58,251 nucleotides of DNA from Andalucia godoyi And28 (Eukaryota > Protista > Jakobida). The first letter of the stretch is position 1; the number at the start of each line of letters is the position of its first letter. Of the stretch, positions 22,230-31,969 are shown piece after piece. The translations under genes were made by a program, and so were the position numbers. Below the pieces are notes generated by a model that had not been told where the DNA came from, did no database searches, and saw nothing but the letters and a program-made list of their open reading frames with translations. The stretch is from contig VRVR01000063.1 of assembly GCA_009859145.1 (NCBI GenBank), forward strand, positions 70,983 through 129,233, given 5' to 3'.

Positions 22230-23631
22230 TCACTGGTTGCCATGCAAGTAGCTTTGCTCAATAATGGGCAATATGTGGTTCAGCTGGCTTAATAACTGCG
22301 CAGAAGATGCCTCCGACAGCACGACTATAGGACAGCAAACAGTCGATAGTCGGTCGAGAACGGTCAGAACGTCCATTGCGTGGCACTCGTTGATCCGCAG
22401 TCGCTGAATCGGAGTGGAGACGCCGACCAGAATATCAGCTGTCGATGGCAAGCGCGCGTCCGATCGCACAACAGGAGGTGGTAAGACTGTGGGCAACGAC
22501 ATTGGTCCGTTGTCACTGGAACCGTCTTGGGTACCATGATCTACCGCGTGATACGTACGAATCGATTCAGAACCTGATCGCTGACGGCTATCGAGGATAT
22601 GCTCAAGATCGTTATTCAAAACTGTTGGAACCGCTCGCTGTCGCTTTCTGCTTGGCTCGGACTCCGTCTCCATGTCACGGTCATTCGTGATACATGCTGC
22701 CGCCGCGCTGCCTGGACGTTCCTTGCAAGAAACCTGTGGTTCAGAGAGGTGATCATCATAACCGCCATCATCAGAATTCCCTTTCTCTTCATCATGTACA
22801 CTTGAAATCTGTTTTTCCGCTCGACACAGAACACTTGCACTCCCACGCTTAGCAGGTGGGGGCTGTGCAATTGGTATCGCTCTGCAGGCGTCTGAAGCCC
22901 AGGAACTTCTCGTATCTCGCTGCATCCAGTCATTTCTCTGGTCCTCAAATTCGCTGACGGATCTGTGGGCACGACCTGGAGGTTTTCCAACATACTTGCA
23001 TTCTTCTCCAGTCTGTGCGCAACGAGAAACACGGCGGGCCTTCTCTGCCACAGCTCTTGTGCTTCATACGACAGCATTCGCATGAAAACAGCTGAAACCA
23101 CCGGCTAGTCTGATGCGTACCAGGCAGTGACTGTGGGGCAGAAGCAGAACCGCCGCTCGGCAACAGCTGCAAGAGTCCGCATTGCAGCTGTTCTGCCTGT
23201 CGTGCAACAACCGCTTGACGGGAATGTGTAGTGTTGTTGGAGTACCAATGCGTTTGCAGAGGGGCAAGGGGCACCAATGGCAGGCTTGAAGGATACAATA
23301 GACGGGCACGATGCCGCCGTTCATCCGTGTCAAATCGCAGATGCGCGGTTGGAACCGTCAGAAACGGTACTGCAGAAGCGTGCAGAGCGCTTGGATAGGA
23401 AAGAGAATGGGGAGCCAAAGTCGCATGCAATTGCCGAGGAACAACGGGGGTGCATCCCAACTCTCCAGACTGGCCGTGCCGTGGATCGGCAGAATACGGA
23501 GCCATTGGGCGATTGAGTGATCTACTATCAGCCGAAAGAGGAGGTGGTGAAGGTACAGACAGTGGAACCGACAGTGGCGTGTCGTCACTGCGTCTCGGAT
23601 GCTGCCATTGTTGGCTGCCATTTTTTCTCAA
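22230..23631 (-). CDS. Zn2Cys6 protein, subfamily A (A4), split by a 1-nt insertion at ~23027-23029; start uncertain
   Basis: WFQLFSCECCRMKHKSCGREGPPC|SRCAQTGEECKYVGKPPGR...DWM. Removing one T from TGTTTCTCG joins ORFs 22945..23631 and 22230..23051. Confidence 0.8.
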
Positions 23632-24123
23632 AAGACCCCATCAAATGGCATGATGCCCGCGCGTATGGAATACTAAGGACGATTGCGAGAAAGTCAAAGT
23701 GTTTGTCTGCCGAATTATTTGCAACAGTACGTCAGAAGGCTGGCGAGAAAACCGGTCCGAGACGGAAAAGTGTCGGATGTTGCCAGAAAAAGTAGTCTTT
23801 GGCCAAAAAGGGCAAGTTGAAATCGTCTTGATGCTTCTGCTGCGTCGTCCAGGACGAAGTTGTCCTACTGGGTTTTCTTGCAGTGGGACTGATTACAGTC
23901 CGTATTTCATTGAACAACGACGAATCTACAACACAGTACACACACTGCTACTTATCAGGATCTGTGATTGCCACTTTCAATCGTCTTTTTGATTGAGCGA
24001 CAAAAAGAATTACTTGCAAAATCCTCGAATGGTTTCTACCGCTAGGTGCAAAATCGAAGAAATGCTTTTGTTCTGATCGTTTTTATGTCTGTCATCTTTC
24101 TGCAGGCTTTCTGTAGATGAATA

Positions 24124-25368
24124 TTGGCTAAGAGGTGCCTGATAAGCGCTGTTCCCTCAAGGCACGCACGCGACAAATGGATGCGCAGAGACTTCTCTGT
24201 CGACCGAATCTGCATAGGGCCTGGCGACGCGTACTTTCATCTGGTCGAAGAAAAGGAAGGTGCTCTTTTGTCCGCGCTGTTGAGAGGGTATGAGCATGGA
24301 AGGCGTTGCTTATGAGGCCTGTGCACTCAGCACCGATGAGTTTGGACTGCATGAATACTGCCGTGAACCGTTACCGAAATGCACAGTCTGCGGCGGACTA
24401 CCATCCCGGATGGCACCAGCAGGGATACGCCGAGCGCCTCCCCCGCAGCCGTGATGAATACTCGCCGATGCAAGACGAGTTTGCACGCACATGGAGAGGT
24501 TCTCGGTATCAGTGGATGCTAACGCATGTGTCGATCAGCAACGCTAGAAGGGCGCATTTCGCAAGACCGTTGAATGTGGCCGATGCCGAATTCGGCCAGG
24601 ATATTCTCTAGCACTTTGAAACCATTCTGTTAAAACTGATTCGAAGTGGGAGTACGTTCTTGGATACACGGCGGCTGCACGGGGGGTCCATTTCATGAAT
24701 ATCCAAGAAGAGGACGTAGATGATCTTGAAGTTAAACCAGTGAGCCTTCGCGGACGAACCATCCAGGTGATCCCAAAAATTGCGGATATCGAGATCAAGT
24801 CAGGCGGTGGTCCAGAGTTCCATGAAGGTGTGTGGCAAGTCGAAGGCCTCTCTTATGAGCATATTATGTCCACTGGCATTGCTTACCTCCAGATCGACGA
24901 CGGCATTCTCAGCGGCCGCCTGCGGTTCCGCAGACCGTTTCTTCCGGACGAAGCGCAGAACTGAAGTACAGCATCTCGCAGGAGTTTGGCAGCTTTCTGC
25001 GGCGATGATTGCAGGCATCTTGCGTCTCGGCTCCGTGGAACCGGCGGCAGACTATATGGTTGTCTTTCCGAATAGCCATCAGCACAAACTCGAACGCATC
25101 ACGGCGCACCGGACATTGGCATCATCCTCTCTCTCGATCACGCGCAAGGCAACCAGTGGATCACTTGGTGCGCCGGATCGTGTGTTTCTTCCTGGTGAAT
25201 CCAGAAGAGCGCAACGTCTCCACTTCAGACGTCGAGATTCTTCCGAGTCAGGTTCTTGACTATGAAACCACATGCCGCATTCGAGAAGCAATGATGAAGG
25301 AGTGTGCTGTGCTCAAAAAAGATCTCAATCGGGATTTCTACCACTTCTATAACGTTTGTGAACACTGA
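24124..25368 (+). pseudogene. DUF4246-family pseudogene, paralog of 51926..53497
   Basis: Fragments in three frames: ADYHPG, RGSRYQWM, PVSLRG..IQVIPKIADIE, HEGVWQVEG, FPNSHQHKL, FFLVNP..VST, LDYET.CRIR, CEH*. Several frameshifts, a stop, an internal deletion and WHVEG changed to WQVEG. Confidence 0.85.
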
Positions 25369-25855
25369 TTATGGCTCTTGAAATTCGGCACCTTCTTGAA
25401 GAAATGGACATAAATCAAACACTGCGACCATTTTACACACTGTCCATTCCAAAACAGAGATTTCTAAAGCAGCAATGCACATCCGAGAATGAACATGGCA
25501 TAGGGAAGACGGCGGCAGTGCTGGTGCCTGTCCAAGGAAATCTTTGCCATTGTAGGTCGCCAACAGTCATCGTTTCATTTCCGTGTCTACATTACAAGCA
25601 CTCATTCTATCTTCATGCCAGGTGTGCGGAAATGAACTGGGCATCCCGGAAATCATTTAATGGCCCAAGCAAGAAATTGCTCGCACAGCCTGTTTTCCGC
25701 TGCCGATACTTGCGATCACACTCGACGGCTTGTTTTGTCAGCCAAAAAAGTAAGGACTTTCGTCTTTCGTACTAATCTGTAAAGGATTTTGTTTTCTCCT
25801 TTTTTTTTTTTTTTGGTTTTATTGCTTCTACATTTTGTTATTTCCGGACTCCAAA

Positions 25856-26998
25856 ATGCTGCAGAAACGGACGCTTCCAAAGTTCGACGAAGTTTGGAAT
25901 TCGACGGTGTCAGACAGGTCGTTCTTCGCAACAGGTTGTCCACCAAACAAGCGTCCTAGAATGCCGTTGGGTCTACTCGAGTCTTCTTTGCCGCCCTTTG
26001 CTATCCCGTATCAAAAACGCGTAGAATGCCCACCAGAGTTCCAGCTACCAATCCCATTGGGTTGTTTTCATCACCAAACTGCGTATCCTTTGACGATCGA
26101 CGGTTTTGTTTTCAACAGGGAAAGCAGTTCATCCCATGTTTGTCAAATCCAAGATCACAGACGCCACGACGTTTCTGGGTCATGTTGTGAGAGTGTATGC
26201 GACTCCACGTTTTACAATGATGCGGAGCGATTTCGAGAGAAAACGCATTTTGTCGATCGAACGCAAACAATTCCACTTCTCCAGTGTTCTGCTTTTCGAA
26301 CTGCCTCCAACAGTCCTGAGCACGCTCCGGCGCTCTTCAGTGACCATTTGCCTACGATTCCACGAATGGATTTGCATTCCTCCTCAATTGCTGGAGGAAA
26401 ATTTCCCATTCCATATGACCCGCTTCCAAAAATAGTTCCAGACAGAAATGCCGTTCTACTTTCTCTTGCCAGGATTGAACAGGCACCTCCGCTTTCAGTC
26501 AGTTATTATCCAGTCGGCGTGTGTGCGAAACAGAATTCTTCAGCTGCGTATCGTCGGGGAGTATGCAAACCGGGGCAGCTTCGTGTGGAGTTTGGCCTTA
26601 CTTCCCTGCAAGGCAGGCTTCCATTTGCAGAATGTAGGAGAAAAATTTTAGAGCGTGCGGATGCCGAGCACATGAAGCTGTTCCAGGAGGACTGTCTGCA
26701 CGCAGTTGCCATCTTGAAACTTCCTCAGAAACTCTGCAGACGATCCTTTGCATTCCGGCTTCTCATGATAACCTTTCATGTTACCGCAATTTCCGGTTAC
26801 ATTCCCCGATTCTGGATGACCGCCAATCAGTCTGTGGTGTTTCACACGCTCCCAGACTGCGCGAAGTGGTTTTTGCCCGAAATTGCTGTTCTTGTACACG
26901 ACCGTCGGTTATCCACAAACGGGGCGGAATTTCTGCTGGACAGCATGAAATGGGCTCAGAGCCATTATGAGTCGTTGATAGATTCTCAAAGTGCATGA
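25856..26998 (+). CDS. Hypothetical protein, 380 aa; Pro/Ser-rich N-terminal part and globular C-terminal ~150 aa
   Basis: Long ORF following a poly-T tract; no recognised family. Confidence 0.65.
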   Translation: MLQKRTLPKFDEVWNSTVSDRSFFATGCPPNKRPRMPLGLLESSLPPFAIPYQKRVECPPEFQLPIPLGCFHHQTAYPLTIDGFVFNRESSSSHVCQIQDHRRHDVSGSCCESVCDSTFYNDAERFREKTHFVDRTQTIPLLQCSAFRTASNSPEHAPALFSDHLPTIPRMDLHSSSIAGGKFPIPYDPLPKIVPDRNAVLLSLARIEQAPPLSVSYYPVGVCAKQNSSAAYRRGVCKPGQLRVEFGLTSLQGRLPFAECRRKILERADAEHMKLFQEDCLHAVAILKLPQKLCRRSFAFRLLMITFHVTAISGYIPRFWMTANQSVVFHTLPDCAKWFLPEIAVLVHDRRLSTNGAEFLLDSMKWAQSHYESLIDSQSA

Positions 26999-27981
26999 AA
27001 CATATCATCAAGATAGCGAATCGAATTCAATCATCGTTGTTGGCTCCCGTTGCAGACTCTTGATCTCTGATGCGTGTAACACATCCGAAGCGCCTCCTTC
27101 TTATCACGACATATTTATTTGAACAGTTTTAGTATAGTACACCTGTGTTCTTGATACTACCTGAAAAAACCGATGTGATCACAGATTTACAGGTTGTTGA
27201 AAGGATGCTGTATTGCGCAAGCCCCCAAGAAAAACAGATCTTACAGTGTCACCCCGAAGAAATAAAACGACAGCATTTTAGTAACATATCCCTTCATAAT
27301 TCTTTGGTCAATCTGTGAACAGAAGCTCAGTTGGGCGTGCGCGGCGTTTCAAAAAGATAGGTGAATCATACAAGGAACATTTCCCGAACGTTAGGGCAAG
27401 GAAATATCTAAGCATGCCAAAAATCCGAGAAAGGAATCATCTGAAGTGTCACAAAGCAAAACGTTGCGGCAGGCACAAATGCGACGCCGCTTCCAGGGTG
27501 GACGAGTTTCTTGTTGCTACCAAGTTGCGTTTGCTCAGCGGTGTGCGTGAACAAGAAGCTGCTTTGCAGAATCGTGGATCGCACGAATGCTTATACGTCG
27601 CAGCGCGGATCCGACGTCCAGTATGCATCTGTAGCGCGGTTTCCGAATGCGCTACTCATGCTGGGCACGCTTTTTCCTGCGCCGAGTTTGCTTTGGGGCG
27701 TTTTGAATTTGCGCCAACTCGACCTGGCGCAAAACAAGACAGCGCGCGAAAACTTCTTTGGTCTCCGCTAGAGTGGAGCTGTGTGTTGTGCCGTCCTTGC
27801 CAGTGCTAGCTGTTATAGAACAGCATCCGTTTACAATAGGACCGCTGACGACAAACCTCCTGTTGCCTCAGAAACCTTTCTGAACCAAAGGAGTATTTGC
27901 TCACAGTCATCCACCTGCGGCAAATGAAAGGGGATCTGGAAATAGCAACAGCACATCATGGTGAAGCGAAATCAATACAAA

Positions 27982-28890
27982 TCATCTGCAGTAATGAACT
28001 GGGATGGTGGAAGTTCCAAATGACAGCAATTGCTCCACCATGCTGTCGATAAAGACGTTCCCGGGAGCTCTATTGACGGTCTGTCGTCTAAAATTAGTGC
28101 CGGCGCTGCCTACAACTTTCTCCCGAGCTTCATCAAGAGGGTTTGAAATTTGTATAGAACAAAAAAGCGACGCCGTTAAAGACGATACGGAAGCATTGTG
28201 GCCATCAGTTGCAGCAGTATATGGCACCCACGACCTGTGTTCAGGAGTGTACAATGCAGCAGCAGGACAGACTGGAAATGGAGGACGGTTCGAAGACACT
28301 TCTTCTGCGATGTTCGAGGGAGCCGCGGAAGGAACGTGAGTTGCGGAGGACGAAAGTCTCAGCAGTGTGCGGTCATCGAACACACAGCGATTTCCAGTTT
28401 CCTGCGTCAGCATCGCCGAAAAAAACTTGGACATCGCATCATGCGGATTCAGATCGCATTCATCACATAAAGAATAAGGAACTGTTTCTCCCCTATTCAT
28501 AGAGGTTAGCATCAACGAGAATTCGTTTGGACGCAGCCACAGACCGTTCCGAATGGCAGGCATCGGAAGTGCGGCTGATGATGACAAAGAAGAACCAACT
28601 TCTAGAAAAGGCTGAATGAGAGTATATGTGCACTGTTTCTTCTTGCTGCTTTCTACGATTGGGGAATCTGACATGCTGGAGCATTTTTTGGGCCTTCCAG
28701 CTGGTTTTCCGGCATATACACATTGCCGACCCGTTCGCAAACATCTGTTGCAAACAGGTGCGTGACGGTCACATTTCCTGTGGATTTTCCGACATGACGT
28801 ACATGATTTTCTCTGTATGCATGCCGGTGATTCTAACTCGGAGCTCTCCATTGTTGTTGGGTAATTGACTTTGACTGAGAAAGAAACCAT
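27982..28890 (-). CDS. Zn2Cys6 protein, subfamily B (B3)
   Basis: S-CTSCRKIHRKCDRHAPVCNRCLRTGRQC-VYAGKPAGRP; ORF end QLLSFGTSTIPVH. Confidence 0.85.
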   Translation of the reverse strand: MVSFSVKVNYPTTMESSELESPACIQRKSCTSCRKIHRKCDRHAPVCNRCLRTGRQCVYAGKPAGRPKKCSSMSDSPIVESSKKKQCTYTLIQPFLEVGSSLSSSAALPMPAIRNGLWLRPNEFSLMLTSMNRGETVPYSLCDECDLNPHDAMSKFFSAMLTQETGNRCVFDDRTLLRLSSSATHVPSAAPSNIAEEVSSNRPPFPVCPAAALYTPEHRSWVPYTAATDGHNASVSSLTASLFCSIQISNPLDEAREKVVGSAGTNFRRQTVNRAPGNVFIDSMVEQLLSFGTSTIPVHYCR

Positions 28891-30192
28891 GAGAAGGGAA
28901 TGGAACCTGTAAGATTGACATTTTCAGGTTCAGCAAGACATTGAAATGTCGGCCAAATGAATGCGTCGCTTGAACGATCACTTCCGTTACGAAATGGGCC
29001 GACAGATTTGTAGCGTCCCTGCCGCTCTCTGGACAGTTTGCCCGCATGTGGGGGCACGGTCGTACGGAGAGCAATCGCGAAAGCTCGAATAGGCAACGCA
29101 ATTGCCCAGATTTAGAGATTCCCTTCAAAGGAACGGCGCGCGTTGAAGCGGATCTCACTGTTTTTTCCTTTGCTCGGCGCTGCATTAGCATCGTGCTGGG
29201 ATACTTGACCCGCTGACGAATTCTTTGGTTTCAATTTCCTCCGCTTCGCTTCATTGGTTGCAGAACAGCAATGAACGGACAATTGAAGGACAAAGACTAA
29301 CTCCGTCAAGGTGGCTCTTGCTACACGGTTCTCTTCAAACACAAATCTCTTACGAAATAGAATGTGAGCTTCCCCCCTGGAGAATGTAACTGGCCGTTAC
29401 TACGCGTACCGCAGAGATCAACAAGACCTGAAAAGGGCAGCGCAACTTGGGATCGAAGAGCTCCGTCCGGGCACACACACTGTAAACGCACTGAACCAGG
29501 AACAATATCAGGAAACAACGTGGGGAGCAGCGGGACGATAAAAAAGAGCCGTTCGGCTTGGTTTCCAGCTGTGTGACGAAAGAGAAATAAATACAGAGCA
29601 ACTCAAAAGGAAAATCAGGTCGGAGAAGAAGAAAAGATGATGACATTATGCAAAGAGTTGTTGGAGGGAAATTTAAATAAGTTAGTTCTCTGAAGAACCT
29701 GTCAGCCTCTTTTCAACAAGGACGACCTTGCCACCGAGAGTTGCAAACGTGCCAACTTTGACGGCGTTGGCAACTTGCTCATTTGAGGCATATTTCCCTC
29801 TCTTCAACAGTCAAAAACGAACCTGGAGTCGGAGCAGGAGACGCTGTAATACATCCCGCCGCCGCACTCCAAGCAATTACATTCGCAGCACATTGTGCAG
29901 AGGATCCACGAAAGTCTAAGCAGCGTAACTTCCTTCCAGCTTCGCCGAACCTTCGAAGATTCATGAAAACATTAAGCTTGCTTGCTGGCGTGTGGACAAT
30001 TGCAAGGACAAATCAGTTCCCTTGGCATCGATGCTTTTTGGATTCTCTTCTTCAAAATCTGTTTGGTTTGCACCTAGCATCTGAGAGGAGCTGGATTCTG
30101 ACTCATTATTTCCGAGCAAATGTCTGTCTTTTTCAATCTGTCGTCGAAAAGTCCGTCAGTTTGCCGGCTGTCGAATGTCGGTGGCAGGCTGT

Positions 30193-31048
30193 TCAGATAT
30201 CTTTTTTGAGCTTAGCATGCATCAGAGAATACCGACATTCCTCCGTGTCCAGTGCAACGCGGTCTGTTTGGAAAAGATCATAGTCCCAGCCGCTGCGAGT
30301 CTGCAGAATGCGGAGATGCAAGAACACGATCGAGGTGCGGTTGCATGCAAATCCCCAGTACGAAAGTCGGCGTATCCCGCACTCTTCGACAATATGTGCA
30401 AAGCGTTGGTACACTTGCTGAACAGCCTCCAACAACTTCGCGTCCGCATGTTCGTCGTTAGATCCTTTGAGCTCACCCACAAGACACGCTTCAAAGTACG
30501 CGGCTAATCGCCTGGCAACGCGTCCGCGGCAAAAAAGCAAGTCCACACGCTGGATTAGTCCGTACAGACCGCTTCTCGAAAAGTCTACGAGGTGCACATC
30601 GCCGTGCTTGGAAAGAAACCCCGTGAAAAACAGCCGAAATTGATCCTGCAGCGGTGGCTCCGTACAGTCCACAGGTAAACTACCGACCGTCTCATTCCAC
30701 AGGGTTTGGAAATCATCCCAGTGCAAAAGAGAAACCTCCACGAAAGCGAAGAGCTGCTGCAGAGTAGCCCTCGAGGTCCATAGATTTGTTCCCCGGCTGC
30801 GTGACGATGATCCGACAGCCAATAGATGTCGCGAGAGACCGGTGAGAAACGTTTCAATTCTCGATTTCTGCAGTTCATTTTCCAGCCACTGCTGCTTGAT
30901 CTGCGACTTCTCCTTTTCACGGCGCTCCTTCTCCTTCTCTCTCTTTCTCAAGACGTTCTTGTTTAAAGGCTGCTTGAGCGACCTCTTTCTCGTGTTCTGA
31001 CTGCTTGAGCTTCTCTCGAAGCTTCCGATTTTCAAGATTTGGATCCAT
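30193..31048 (-). pseudogene. Truncated Crinkler-like gene (coiled coil + PD-(D/E)xK domain only); frameshift in a GA tract at ~30940, kinase domain lost
   Basis: High identity to 37799..39733 (SRIETFL, RVDLLFCRG, LVGELK, QVYQRFAHIVEE, WGFACNRT), including the upstream sequence; similarity ends after ALDTE. Confidence 0.85.
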
Positions 31049-31969
31049 TGCACTTGTGATTTAACAAGAAGGGGAAATTACAAGAAAAGAAAAGAAAGAG
31101 GAAAATGGTAAAGAAGCGGGTATTGGACACAGACGAGGAAAACCAAGAAGCGGGTGTTTTTCGAATTGCTCCGACGACTTGGATCTCGAATTTTTTAAGT
31201 CTCAAATCGATGCACGTCCTGAATCGACATACGTCAACAAGCCTTCCGCTGTCGGAAAATCGCGGTTCCTTCAAATTCTTCAAATTACAAATTCCTTTGC
31301 TCATTTTTCATGTATTATTCGACTTCCAGACACGCGCCCCCATGACGTTCATTGTCTTGCACGTGCTTTCGCTTCAGCTCCTTTTCTCATCGACGTGTTG
31401 CGTCGTCTGCTGCACTCCCACACATATCCCCTTTGATGGAAAAATCGGCTTGCTCCCTCCAAACGTCGTGCAGCCACTCAAGCAACACATGTTGCAGGAT
31501 CGCTTCGGCAGCGATTCCCGTTCATCCGATTCGACACGATGGCTGCTGCAGGCAACTGTGAGAATGCAAGTTGGTGGGAAGAGTTGGAACGACAATTCGA
31601 TGCAATGCTTCTTGGAATGGTGGAAGACAGCATCTTTGGATTTGCAACAGGGCTGATGAGTCAGCTTCAGCGAGTGGAAGTCGATACGACAGCGAATCTT
31701 AATCTTGAGCAACAGCATCATCGTCATTCGTCGACGAGTTTATCTGATGACATCCGTCAGAAACCGAAAGCTGTTCGATCGTCACACCGTAATTCATTCT
31801 TGGACTTGATGGCCGAACAGTATCCTGGAAGGAAATTGGATCGGAAAGACAGTCACGTGTACAACTCAGGAATGCTCCTAACCTGCAATTTGTTCGTGAA
31901 AACAGAGATTGTTTCCCCGTCGAAGCAAAACAGTCTTTCAGTCCTGTTTCGCATGCTCCGGATTGTGCG

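Noticed and set aside
27511-27771. LRR-like string LWGVLNLRQLDLAQNK
   Set aside because: A single repeat that overlaps the antisense tail of Zn-cluster B3; could be chance
28890-28950. NLTGSIP LRR-like fragment on the minus strand
   Set aside because: Too short and needs a frameshift; not supportable
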